DNA from: Octopus sinensis
Lineage: Eukaryota
DNA: 64,000 bases
Reading direction: 5' to 3'
Assembly: GCF_006345805.1 (NCBI RefSeq)
Contig: NC_043003.1
Coordinates: 81,964,001-82,028,000 of the forward strand
Part shown: positions 51,107 through 63,597 of the stretch, piece after piece
Numbering within the stretch: position 1 is the first letter of the stretch
Layout of the letters: every line of letters begins with the position of its first letter
Notes under the pieces: model-generated
Databases searched by the model: none
The model's input: only the letters and a program-made list of their open reading frames with translations
Told to the model about the DNA's origin: nothing
Position numbers and translations under genes: made by a program

Positions 51107-51378
51107 ATATATTGCAAGCAAGGGAGCGAACCCCTCTCCTAATCTAGCAATTTGGCAGGAACAGGAAACCAGGCTAATTTCAGATTATTTTATGCCCATT
51201 CTCAACACTGGACACTTATTTCTCTTTAAATTGAGAGCTGGAGAGATTGACTTCCATCTCTAGCAGACAGGTGTCCAGTACTGAGGATGGGCATAGAATA
51301 TCCAGAAACCAGGCTGGACTACCGGTCCTGTAAACTGCAAGAATATGGTATGGGTTCGCACCTCTACTTGCAATATAT
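51107..51378. repeat. Foldback/MITE-like element with nested inverted repeats
   Basis: Outer IR 51107-51133/51352-51378 (4 mismatches in 27); inner IR 51191-51215/51271-51295 (3 in 25); direct repeat gaaaccaggct at 51165 and 51305. Confidence 0.8.
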
Positions 51379-51440
51379 TGAAAACGGATTGTGTCGTTAA
51401 TCGAACTACAGTTATTTTATTAGTAAAATATAATGAGCAA

Positions 51441-51693
51441 GGCGACAAGCTGGCAGTCTGCCGCTACGTTCTGAGTTCAAATTCCGCCGATGTCGACTGT
51501 GCCCTTCATCATTTCGAGGTCGATTAAATAAGTACCAGTTACGCACTAGGGTCCATATAATCGGCTTCAGCCGTTTGTCTGTCCTTGTTTGTCATCTCTG
51601 TGTTTAGGCCCTTGTAGGTAGTAAAGAAATAGGTATTTCGTCTGTCTTTATGTTTGAGTTCAAATTCCACCGAGGCCTAGAGTAGAAAAGAAT
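51441..51693 (+). mobile_element. SINE dimer (type A fused to head-truncated type B at 51632/51633)
   Basis: ..gtaggtagtaaagaaatag|gtatttcgtctgtcttt..cctagagtagaaaagaat. Confidence 0.88.
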
Positions 51694-52001
51694 ATTATGT
51701 ATTGAACATTCATTAAAGGATCATGATTACTGTCTATTGATACTTATTTTCTGTCATACTTATGTGTGATTTCTCTTTAGAAAAGCAGTTATATGTACCC
51801 CCACTGGAAAAGTGGCTGTTAATATTCACTCCTGATATTTTAATATTGTCTTCTATTGTTTAATATTTTCTAATATTCTTAAGAAGTACCTGTATGATAT
51901 TTTACGTTTCCAACTATTATTAACCTATAAGTTTAAACTGAAGTTTGATTTAAATACGAAAATAACCTATACATATATACATATATATGTATGTATATAT
52001 A

Positions 52002-52415
52002 TTACTCTTTATACTCTTTTAATTATTTCAGTCATTTGACTGTAGCCATGCTGAAGCACCACCTTTAGTCGAGCAAAGCGACCCCAGGACTTCTTCTTTG
52101 TAAGCCTAGTACCTACTTTACTGGTCTCTTTTGCCGAGCCGCTAAGTGAGGGTGACGTAAACACAAAAACCATCGGTTGTCAAGCGATGTTGGAGGACAA
52201 ACACAGACACACAAAAATATACACAAACATACATATATATATATATAATATATACGATGGGCTTCTTTCATTTTTCCTCTACCAAATCCACTCACAAGGC
52301 TTTGGTCAGCCTGAGGCTATATTAGAAGACACATGCCCAAGGTGCCACGCATAGGTAATGAACCCGGAACCATGTAGCTGGTAAGCAAACTACTTACCAC
52401 ACAGCCACTCCTGCG
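52002..52415 (-). mobile_element. Long-family SINE
   Basis: Reverse complement has the ggagtggctgtgtggtaag head, core and aaaagagtataaagagtaat tail. Confidence 0.92.
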
Positions 52416-52542
52416 GCTATATATATATATATAATATATATATATATTATATATATATATGTATGTATGTATGTAAATATATACATATATATCTACATAT
52501 GTATGTATATATATTATATATATATATACATATATATATCTG

Positions 52543-52582
<40 letters not shown>

Positions 52583-52612
52583 TATGTATGTATGTATATA
52601 TATATATATATA

Positions 52613-52644
<32 letters not shown>

Positions 52645-52752
52645 GTATATATATATATGTATGTATGTATGTATGTATATAAATAATATATATATATATA
52701 TGTGTGTTTGTGTGTGTGTGTGTATATATGTATGTATATATATATATATATT

Positions 52753-52783
<31 letters not shown>

Positions 52784-52786
<3 letters not shown>

Positions 52787-52861
52787 AGTTTAACAATTAA
52801 GGATAATCTCTTAATAAGGGATTATCCTTATTAAGAGATTATCCTTAATTGTTAAACTTAT
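52784..52861. repeat. Perfect inverted repeat, 36-bp arms, 6-nt loop
   Basis: ataagtttaacaattaaggataatctcttaataagg gattat ccttattaagagattatccttaattgttaaacttat. Confidence 0.97.
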
Positions 52862-54161
52862 TCCGAAATACTTTTCATTACCCGACATGCAGTTCGTAAA
52901 AAGCCCGCCATTTACCGGATATATGATTTATAAACATTCCATGTGCTTGGCCGGAGTGAGCAGTTGTCTGTTCGTCTCCGCTACGTAAGGTTGGTAGTTT
53001 ATTTATGATGTATTCAGAATCAGTTCTGCTGACGATCATTAGACGCAAGTTGTATGTGAAATCACGGTGATACAGAACATAATTCATTTTTAAATGTCTT
53101 GCTTTGAAAAACTGCATTTGGGTATGATTAGTATAATTTTTGGTAGTAATGACTTTGTCCCTCCTAGTGTGAGGCATTTATGTGTAATAATGCCCTCTAT
53201 ACAATATATATATATATATGTAAAATAACAAAAGGTTCCTAGATTTGTTTACAATGGCTTATCAGGAATATTTTCATAACATTCTTGAATGTATGTAACA
53301 ACAGAAATCTGAATTAGAAATAAGTTATTTAGAAGTTTGTTATCAATAACTCTTTTAGTGGCATATTGTAGGTGTATTGATGAATTGTGCCGTAGTAACT
53401 AATAACTTCAACTCTTACGTTGGGAAACCAGCTATACAAACATCCCGATAACATCGATTTGAATGAAACAGCTTAAAGTAAGGCTGTCATCGAAAACACG
53501 CAACATGCTTATGGATGTTGACTTATTGCAATATAATGAATTCAACACATTTTGTACACCATCAAAACATCCTTGTTATTTACAAAATCAAAGAATAACA
53601 AGGTTACTCAGCTGAGCTGTGAACTGACACCGCTATGTTGAGATTTTGTTTGGATTACAAATGTCCCTATTTGTTTTGGTAGTCTCCGTAGCAGAAAGCT
53701 CCTATATATATATTTCGCAGAACATTTCGGTAAAACACACATAAATACGCTCTTATATTACATGTTAATGCATCATATGTATTAATAATAGAGATAACAA
53801 CTGTAATACTATTTAACTTGTAATAAAACATTAGATCAATCGTTAAGATAACAACTTTCCTAGGTCTATTGCTAATTAAAATATCTGACTGACGAAATTG
53901 ATGTAGCAACGCTTGTGGAAATTTTGCTATCTGCCGGTTTTGTTGCCCTCCTCTCTTTTCCCCTCTCGCTTGCTCTCTTTCCACTCTCCAGCTCTCTTTC
54001 TCTGTTTCTTTCTCCCGTTCTCTCTCAGCGGTTGCCAGCTCTGTCTCTGCGAAGGATACACATGGTCCACTAACATTATTCAATCAACAAGAATAAACTA
54101 TCTTATCTTTGCTATTTGTGGTAGCCCTAGTAAATAATTTCAAGCCCACGACTATCTAGAT

Positions 54162-54441
54162 CAGTGGTTCTCAACCAGAATCCATATAAGGCTTGTGGAG
54201 ATTCACAAAAGCAGATTAGTAAATTAAGATACGTAGTTTTATATTAAGCATTTGTGAAAAAATTTTGACAAATTAATGCGTGAATAACAAATTAATACAC
54301 AAATTAAATTGTGGATAACGTGATAGTAATTTTGAAAAAAATATGTCTAATATTTTTTAATAGCGAATCCTTTGGTGGAGCCCAATAAAATAAAAGTGTA
54401 ATCAAAGGAGTCTATTGATGAAAATTAGTTGGGAACCAGCG
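54162..54441. mobile_element. hAT (Charlie/MER5-like) MITE
   Basis: cagtggttctcaac ... gttgggaaccagcg TIRs; 8-bp flanks atctagat / agcaagat (6/8, NTCTAGAN-type site). Confidence 0.8.
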
Positions 54442-54578
54442 AGCAAGATGTACTAACAAGGGCAAGGTATTTATACCCATTTAGGTTACAGCCCCCCATT
54501 TTCAGACGTACTAACTGAGAAACGTCTTGTGTAATGTGTGAATTTCCTATTATATATTACACTAATCTGAAATAGCAC

Positions 54579-54619
<41 letters not shown>

Positions 54620-54637
54620 CACGCACACATATATATA

Positions 54638-55027
54638 TTACTATTTACTCTTTTACATGTCTCAGTCATTTGACTGCGGCCATGCTGGAGCACCGCCTTT
54701 ATTCAAGCAAATCGACCCAGTACTTATTCTATCGGTCTCTTTTGCCGAACCGCTAGGTGACGGGGACGTAAACACACCAGCATCGGTTGTCAAGCAATGC
54801 TAGGGGGACAAGCACAGACGCACAAACACACACACACATACATATATATACATATACATATATACGACAGGCTTCTTTCAGTTTCCGTCTACCAAATCCA
54901 CTAACAAGACATTGGTCGGCCCGGGGCTATAGCAGAAGACACTTGCCCAAGATGCCTCGCAGTGGGACTGAACCCGGAACCATGTGGCTGGTTAGCAAGC
55001 TACTTACCACACAGCCACTCCTGCGCC
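54638..55027 (-). mobile_element. Long-family SINE
   Basis: Well-preserved copy with head, core, internal microsatellite and tail. Confidence 0.93.
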
Positions 55028-55035
55028 TATGTACA

Positions 55036-55121
<86 letters not shown>

Positions 55122-55367
55122 CATGTATATATACACTTACACGTACGTATACATATATACATAACTCGTTTTCCATGCCCAAACTATTATATTTAATATA
55201 TCTAACAGTTTTATCACCATAATTGCCTCTGTATCTGCTCAACTTGATCCCTCTTATAGCCATTCTGTACCCCGAGGAGTTGATCCCCTGTAAAGATATG
55301 GGACTCTATGTTTGAATCATGTGAGCACTAATAAGTGTCTTCTATAATATATATATATATATATATA

Positions 55368-55650
55368 TCACCGTGACCGACCAGGCTATCGCTGGTCACA
55401 GTGCGCTTCGGATTGCTTTAGCCTTCAATTGACGCCACCCCGCTGGCTAAGCGAGCTGGCCAACAGAAGAAAGAGTGAGAGAAATTTGTGGCGAAAGAGT
55501 ACAGCAGGGATCGCCACCACTCCCTGCCGGAGAAGTGGAGCTTTAAGTGTTTTCGCTCAATAAACACTCACAACGCCCTGTCTGGGAATCGAAACCGCAA
55601 TCCTACGACTGCGAGTCCGCTGGGCTAACCACTGGGCCATTGCGACTCCA
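55368..55650 (-). mobile_element. tRNA-derived SINE sharing head and body with 21776-22075 but with a different 3' module
   Basis: Reverse complement: tggagtcgcaatggcccagtgg..ttgagcgaaaacacttaaagct..actctttcttctgtt|ggccagctcgcttagcc..ggtcacggtga. Confidence 0.88.
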
Positions 55651-55678
55651 CACACACACACATACACACACACACACA

Positions 55679-55709
<31 letters not shown>

Positions 55710-55723
55710 CCACACACACATAT

Positions 55724-55771
<48 letters not shown>

Positions 55772-56125
55772 ATATATTCGTAGTCCACAGATGAGATACA
55801 AAGATTTTCATTATAGAAGACGCTAGCGCTCAAATATATCAAACATATTCTCCGATATCTTTACAAGGGATCAATTCTATGAGATAAAGTATGGCTATAA
55901 GAGGGATCAAGGTGAGCAGATACAGAAGGAATAATGCGCATAAAAATCCTAGGCATATCAAATATAAAAGTTTGTGTAGGGAATGCGAATTATGTATATG
56001 TGTATATATGCAAAACGATAGAAACCAAAAAGCCGAGACTTTCAGACGATGAATATTTTAGTATAAACTGTCATTTTTAATATATCTGATCCGCATAATT
56101 GCACTCCCTCTCTCTCTCAATCTCT

Positions 56126-56215
<90 letters not shown>

Positions 56216-57654
56216 TGAGAGAGAGATACAGAGATAAAGTTAGAAAGCGACGGTATGTGGGATTACATGCATACACACACGCACACACACGACCGCTTGA
56301 TGACTAGAAAAAATAGTAGGGAGATTATACGTTATTACTTGATTAAGTGAGGAATGATTTTGAGTTAGATGTACGTGAAAGGCACTCCAGTTACGGAAAA
56401 CAAATTTAGCCTGTTCAGCAAATATAACTTAGACAGTTCAAGTAACGATCACAGAAAAAACAGTCCCGATATTTTAATGTCTTGCGAATACACAATGCGT
56501 GTTATTTCATATTGTAAGATAGGTAATAACGCTCGATTTTATTTCTAGAACGTAAACTATCGAATATCATCGACTTGAATATAATCCGATGAATCACGAA
56601 AGACACCTGTAAACCCCAGTTAAAATAATTTCCAGTCGTTTTGTGACCTTAAACTCACTTAAACTCGTGACTCAATAAGTAATGTTGTAAAAGTAAGATA
56701 TCTGAAAGCATGTGCTTGATTCTAGTTCAGTTCTTCGAACAAGTAATTTTTTTTTTTAATGTTCAGAAGATAAATAAATATCGATTATATAAAAGTAAAT
56801 GAAAATTTAGGCAACATGCTATCACGCTTTATCTTCATCATTTGTTTTATTTCTCTTGGGCTGATGTATAGTTCCATCATTTTGCAAGAAATTTTCTCAT
56901 TACGTTTCCGCTAAAAATTTTAATAGTTTGTAAATGGTAAGCTATAAGAATAAATTCTTAATTCTCTTTCTTTTCTTTACTTTTTTTTCTTTTCAAGATT
57001 AGTTGAGCGTAGTTTAGAAACTTTTTCTCGTGATGCTTTTTTATGGGTTTCGCTTGTAGAAATTCATGATTGTCTTTACTGGAAGAATGTTCCTTGGTGT
57101 ATGCAGTACTCTAATTATGCGTCACGTTATTCCATGAGCATGAAATAATACAACACTATTTCTAGTTGTATAGATCTGGTTTCGAAAGTAATAAAACGAT
57201 TTGGACAAACTAATGATAAAAGAGAATTACCTCGTTGCAGAGACGGTTTCAGAGCTTTTTTACAGAGCAGAGAAGCATTTACATTCTGCTGGGTCAACGA
57301 TCTCCACTTTTGTAGAAAGGAAACCTCTGAGTGTGCTCATGATCCTTCTGAAAATTGTAATGCAATGAAATCTCTCGGTATGAATATATAAATTCGAAAT
57401 AAAATTGGTGGCACCGGTTCTTTACTGCAAATGATTTCGTCTCTTTATGCATCAAGCATTTAGTCATAGGAGATATCATATGAGTAACAAACCAAATTAG
57501 TTTACATTATTGCTCTTGCTAAATTGAATATTCTTTGCTTTATCGTGTACTTTGTATTTGGCAAAAACCGATTTATTTTCAGCCAGTTTTCATTCCCTGC
57601 CTAAGGGTACAGTGCTACACTTCTAAACTGATACGTACTCATCATCCTCTCATT

Positions 57655-58040
57655 AGGTGTATGGAAACAAGTGTAGTTCCAAACCACATGATTCCCGGTT
57701 CAGTTTCAATTCATGGCATCTTGGTCGTGTCTTCTACTACTGCCTTGGGCCGGCCAATGCTTTGTGAGAGGATTTGTTGGACGGAGACTGAAAGACGCCC
57801 ATCATATATACATGTGTGTGTGTGTGCATGCGTATCTGTGTGTCCGTGTTTGTGCTTGTTCCCACGATACTGTTTGATATCTGGTGTCGGTCTGTTTATT
57901 TCCCAGTAACTTAGTAGTTTAGGCTAAATAACGCATATGATAATTACCGAACTTTAAGAAAAAAAGTACTGGAGTCAATTTTTTTTGTGAAAGCATCAAA
58001 GGTGGTGCCCCGGTATGGCTGCAGGCCATTTACTGAAAAA
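57655..58040 (+). mobile_element. Old long-family SINE
   Basis: accacatgattcccggttcag..gtgtcttctactact..ggtggtgccccggtatggctgcag. Confidence 0.78.
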
Positions 58041-58426
58041 ACTTGAAGATTGAAAATGTTTTAAAATTTTGCTGATCTGAAAAATGTGAATGAAAATAGT
58101 TCTAAAATTGTATTCCCATGCGAGGGAGATTCTTGTATTACGACCTTGTTGCATAAAATGTAATTATAATTTTCATAAGTAGGAGGTCAGAAACTTTGGA
58201 TGACTGAGAAACACTTTAAACTGGCTTTAGTTCTTGATTAGTACAACGAATTTCGATCGTAACATGGTGAAAGGCATCGCAAACCTAATGGGATTTGATC
58301 TCGTAAAATGTCAGAATACATATTACAAACCAATTTATTCTATTCTTTCTGCCAATATTTTGGCCTTTCCAATATATGATAATTGTTTCTAAGTTAAACA
58401 TAAGGCCATCATTAGTGAAGGAAGCG

Positions 58427-58590
58427 ATTAGTCGATAGTGTCAATCCTCTGAACTCCAACCGTAATTTGTTTTAGTGATTTTGAAAGGGTGAAATTAATG
58501 TGGACTTCTGTGGGATTTAAACTCAGGCCGCAGCAAATACAGTGAGATATTTTCGAACGCTCTCATGGTTCCGTCAGTACGACGCCTTTA
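58427..58590 (-). mobile_element. Old SINE remnant
   Basis: Reverse complement begins aaggcgtcgtactgacgg and has a ctgagtttaaatccc B-box-like motif. Confidence 0.55.
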
Positions 58591-59234
58591 CATTTGAAGA
58601 ACAGCAAATTTAAAAGAAATGAGTTTTATCAATATCATCGACCTCAATACTTGATTGCCACTTCATTTCATCTACTCTAAAAGTATGCAGGCAAAAGTAA
58701 CCTCGGGAGGATTTCAACAAAGAAAGTAAAAGCTTGGGAACACTCTTAAAAAATTTGTCTGACAATAATACAATCCTTGGAGTTCACAGCCCTTACATCA
58801 AACGTAAATATAAAAGGAGTTTTGACATCGTCTGTTATATATTTATAAACACTTTCTTTGTTGAATAATTGAAATATAGTATTTAAAATATACTAACCAA
58901 TTATTTGGCTCTAAAATGTTCCTTTTTCAATTAGTTCTTTTGCTTCTCTTTCGTTAAAACATTCATATTCATATAAAAACAAACCATCATTTCTTGTCTC
59001 AGTCAATTCTGTACATTTTTATAGATATTTTATCAATTGCATTCATATTCTGCTTAATACTGCAATCGATGTCTTGATCTTCAGTTCTAGATTTATATCA
59101 TGTTTCTTAGTTTTTATACCTGGATTTATAGTGGGAAACTTACAACAGTTCGTATGTACACATTTTTCTTCGTCATAAATGTTTATTTCTAGAGTTGCCC
59201 TGTGAATAATATATCATATTTTTGAACTTAACAA

Positions 59235-59635
59235 CTGGCAGAAACGTTACAACGCCGGGCGAAATGCTTACTGGTATTTCGTCTGCCGCTACGTTCTGAG
59301 TTCAAATTCCCGCTGAGATCAACTTTGCCTTTCATCCTTTCGGGGTCGATAAATTTAGTACCAGTTACGCACTGGGGTCGATCTAATCGACTTACTCCGT
59401 TTGTCTGTCCTTGTTTGTCCCCTCTATGTGGACAATAAAGAAATAAGAATCGTTACCACGCAGGTGAAAATACTTAGCGGTATTTCCTACGTTTTTTACG
59501 ATGTGCCCAAATTCCACCAAGTAGATTTGCCTTTCATTCTCACGAGGTCAGTAAAATAACTACAAGTCAAGTACTGGAGTCGGCATAATTGACTATCCTC
59601 CTCCTCTTCCCCAAACCTTCAGGCCTTGTGCTTCT
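59235..59635 (+). mobile_element. SINE dimer (type A fused to older type B at 59447/59448)
   Basis: ..gacaataaagaaataag|aatcgttaccacgcaggtgaaaatacttagcgg..ccttcaggccttgtgc. Confidence 0.85.
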
Positions 59636-60519
59636 TGTTAAACGGATTATTATTTTATTATAATATTTATGCTTACATATATCAAATTTTCCCAAAACGA
59701 CAAATTTGAATACAATAGTGTGTAATGGATTAACAACTTAAACAATTCAACACTATAAAACCTGGTAAACATTAATATATTACTTATTAAGATTGTTCCA
59801 GCTTCCCGATTACAAGTCTTTCGGTATATAATTTTCTTGAACATGTTCTATGAAATAAATGTATCACCAGTTCAGTAATGATTTGTAAACTAGAGGTTTT
59901 CAGCCAAATCACAAATATTAAGTTTACATAAAATGTACATCTTTAACAATAGTCTACGGATAAATTAATTTTCTCAAATATAAGAGAAAAAAAACAGCAG
60001 TAACTTGATTTTAGCAAAACTTATTGACGCGTTCAGTCTAAAAATAATATGGAATTTAACTTGGTGTGAGGAGAGCTGGGGGTATGATTAAATATAAATT
60101 AGTATCTCTCCAAAACTAAATTTACAATGTTTACTAAATGTTGTTTCATTTTATTTTAATTTCATAGGATTAATAAATATATTTTATAACTAAGTTATTA
60201 AAATCAAGTTTATCTTCGAGAAAACTAAATTGGATTTTGAACTTACAGCAACATAACTACATTTCCATGTTACGATTCTGTGCTTTGCACTGTATGCTTT
60301 CCTTTAAGTTAACCATAGTGTTGTTTTTAAGTCTGTGGCCTATTTGATAATAATAAAACAAAAAAGAAATTCATCTGATATAAAGCATTTTATGAAATGA
60401 ATATTTGATGTAATTTTGCTTTTTCGTTGTGTAGGAAGTTTAAATTTACATTGAATTTGTGTGGCAGCAACACATATACGTAGCTCATGCTTAGTCGTAC
60501 ACCGCTACCCGCTCCCTAC

Positions 60520-61140
60520 TGATCACAAGATGAGAATATCTCGAAGTCTTTTAAAATGGATGCTAGAGCATGTTTTCTGGAGATTCTCACTAATAGCAGC
60601 AACATCTAAATCAAATGACCTGAGATCGTTGACCACGTGAACTTGCTTCCAATCTGAACCCATGCTACGCACATTTACACACCCCACTTTCAGTGCTGGC
60701 ATGTTAGTCGAAGAACGCCTGGCGAAATGTTTATTTCGTCTGTCTTTACGATCTGAGTTCAAATTCCGCCGAGGTCAACTTTGCCTGACAAAATACAATC
60801 GGTGTCGAAAAATTAAGCGTTGTACTTCGGCAGGTGTAGCACTTGGCCTTTCGCCTCTGAGTGACAACGTTGATGGGCTCCGCACATTCCAAGTAAATTA
60901 TGTCAGGGATCCTATGGATGTTTTCTGCAGTCAGCAACGTTTCCATTTACACACTTACAGCTGACCAATTTTCTTTTGGGGTGAATATAAAAGCTAGAAT
61001 ATTACCAGACTCATTCAGTATCATCCCGAAATACTATATGTTCAGCTCCGGAGGCACATTCGGAAAAGTAACTTTATCCACTCATCTCTCCAGATAAGAT
61101 GTGATAAAATAGTGTTCATCTGAGGAGAACGTGTGGAAGA
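60520..61140 (-). mobile_element. L1/Tx1-clade LINE: ORF1 3' part and ORF2 endonuclease start, interrupted by a SINE
   Basis: ORF2 MPALKVGCVNVRSM..NDLRSFDLDVAAISE (ATG 60702); ORF1 RIPDIIYLE..PINVVTQRRKAKCYTC (zinc-knuckle start). Confidence 0.8.
60703..60787 (+). mobile_element. SINE head fragment
   Basis: acgcctggcgaaatgtttatttcgtctgtctttacgatctgagttcaaattccgccgaggtcaactttgcct. Confidence 0.85.
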
Positions 61141-61349
61141 CCACTTTTTCGCTTCTTCTTTGCTATGGTATATAGCAAAGGCAATCCAAAATCTCTCGAA
61201 CCCGTGAAATCATGCCGGCATTTTTCTATCTACGCTAGCGTTGGTTTTTCTATACCTAGTCTTTTTAAGACAACAATGGATCAGATTATTTTCAAATTAA
61301 ATAACAAAGAAAGAGAGAAAAGAAAGAAAAGAAATAGAGGGGTAAACCA

Positions 61350-61800
61350 GCAGGATATGGAAAGAGAGTGAGTAATGGGCCACGTATTCTAGAACAATTG
61401 ATGTGTCCAGCTGCGCCCAGCGGTAATGGCGTTGTCACGGAGAATAGCCAGCGAACTTCACTGCAGCAGGCGCACCAACTTGCGGGTTTCATATATCCGA
61501 TGGTCCACTGTTATTCCTAATAGGCAGAGCAAATCGGTAGTACTAGGTGCGGGAACACCTTACGTTGCTATGGCGACCGGAATAATCTGATATCGTCCGT
61601 TCAGGCTCTTGTGCTTATTGATTTTCTCCCCTCCGCATTACAGACGGTAACACCCGGGATTGCAGCCAATGCAGAAAGGTTGGAGTCGGGAAAAAAGTAT
61701 ATCAATATTATTTTTGTGATTTGATTGCTTTCGCCAAGTGGCAGAACGAGAAGATTAGGTTTTACCTGGTATTTTCGGAAATATTTATCAAAATCGCTGT
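61350..61800 (-). mobile_element. CRE-type non-LTR retrotransposon, C-terminal RLE region, inactivated
   Basis: One frame gives GRYQIIPVAIAT*GVPAPSTTDLLCLLG..ETRKLVRLLQ*SSLAILRDNAITAG (cf. Y.F.P.A.ETLG.WG..A..L...FL.QR.S.AI.RGNA). Confidence 0.6.
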
Positions 61801-61869
61801 CGAAGGATTGCTCCACCTATGTCTGCTCAGTAATGTTGGCGAAAGATTCATTGGATTTTTGGTTCTTTC

Positions 61870-62150
61870 TCTGAAATTGTTGCTGTTGCTGCTGCTGCTG
61901 CTGCAGCTGTTGTTATTGCTATTGTTGTTGTTCGTAATTGAAGAAGCAACTTAATTTTCTTTCTTAGAAATTTTATTGTTTCTCTTGAAACATGTTGTTA
62001 TTAATGTTACTGTTGTTGGTGCTGCTGTTGTTGCTGTTCGCTTCCATAACTTTTCTAGTCTCTTCCACTTCGAACAAGGCATTGTTTTTGATTTTTCTTT
62101 TATGTTGCTGCTGTTCTTCTTCTTGTTCATGTTATTGTTGCTGTTGTGAC
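61870..62150. repeat. Compound (CTG/TTG)n trinucleotide low-complexity region
   Basis: gttgctgttgctgctgctg.. runs; Q/N/S-rich with stops on the minus strand. Confidence 0.85.
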
Positions 62151-62539
62151 GGAACTATTTTGCGAGAATACTTTGTTGAAATATTCCATTTTGTGAAACA
62201 TTTCAAGATCGTTTTTCATAAAAATAAGCTTGCGGTTTGTATTTTCCTAGGAGGCAACATATCGCGTGGCGCTCATTCCACTACTTTCTGATGATGTTCT
62301 GGTGACACTCTTCACTCTCTTATCCTTTCCGAACTCCGAACGTCACCGCGTTGTTTGAAGTGTTCAATCTTACCGCCAAGGCAAGTGCCCTCCCCCAGTT
62401 GCCTTCTTTGAGTATACTGACGCTACGACATAGTAGGCCCGTTCACTGAGATTCTGTTTACCTCTCTTTTCCACTCTTCAACAACTTTGTTGGGACGTAA
62501 CACTTTCCATCCCACCCCATCTGCACTTTGATTTCAAGG

Positions 62540-63597
62540 GAACCGTGTCAAAATTCCATTAGTTTGTCCAAATAGGCGCCCGAAGAAAAATGACGGCGCG
62601 GTTGGACCGTCGAATCCACCGACTTTTGGAAGGCAACTGAATATTGACAATTGTCCAACGAGAGTTGCGTTATTTTTACACCACAAACCGTCTGCAACCA
62701 TTTCAGAGAATTTGAACTAAATTGGACGAATCGCTTGGAAAAAGGCAATAATATCGAAAGACATTGACTCAAACGCCTTAATTTCGCAAAAATCCATGCA
62801 CAATGGACTGCCGAAGTTTGGTGCGGGGCTCTTAGGAGTGACGAGTCACGCTTCTGTATATTTGGATCAGATGGTAAAACATATATCAGACGTCGCCCAA
62901 CCAAGGAATTCCATCCAAAATGCATGAAAAAGATGCCGCAAGCAAGGGGTGGGGGTTTGATGTTGTGGGCGGCATTTAGTAGCTTTGGTGTTGGCCCTCT
63001 AGTTAAAGTTGATGGAAAGCTAAATAGTGTAGGTTATATGAATCTACTAAAGGATAATGTTGCGCTATATTTGTCTCACCAAATGCCTCCAGGGGCTATT
63101 TATCTGCAGGAAAATAGTCCTGTGCACAAAGACAAAAAGGTTATGGATTTTTTTGGTCACCATAATATTGACTTAATCGAATGTCCTTCCCAGAGCCCAG
63201 ATCTGAATCTGATCAAGAACTTGTGAATTTTGTAATCACTTAGCGAATTCAATGCCGAGGCGTTGTTCAGCCGTTATTAAGAATAAAGGCTACGGCACAA
63301 AGTAGTAATATGTATTTCGTTCTTGCTGCTCGTTTTTGCAACAATCTTAAGCTTTAAATAAAATTATAATGATACAGTCTTAAAGTGTTTTTGCCAGTAA
63401 ATTTGAAACATTTATATTAATTTAGTATTAGAATTCTTCAAGTTGTATAAAAATGGTTATTGTCTGCATCATTCGAAAGAGAAATAAAGTTTGCATAATG
63501 TGTAAAAGATAAAAAATAATTTCTATGGTATTAGTAACAAAATATTTTGTAAGAAATAGAACGTTTATTATCGGTCTTAAATTTATTTTCGCCAGTG
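62540..63597 (+). mobile_element. Tc1 (DD34E) DNA transposon, 5'-truncated and inactivated, with a right IR/DR end
   Basis: WTAEVW..SDESRF.IFGSDG, GGGLMLWAAFS, QENSPVH..WP-like CPSQSPDLNLIKNL. 34 residues separate the second D (now E) and the E (now K). Right end ..ttttcgccagtg|ta at 63597. Confidence 0.93.

Noticed and set aside
53667-54083. 138-aa ORF with an ERE-rich segment
   Set aside because: Driven by a GA-rich low-complexity tract; no domain or splice support.
61721-62291. Poly-Leu/Cys ORFs suggesting membrane or signal peptides
   Set aside because: Plus-strand reading of CTG/TTG triplet repeats.
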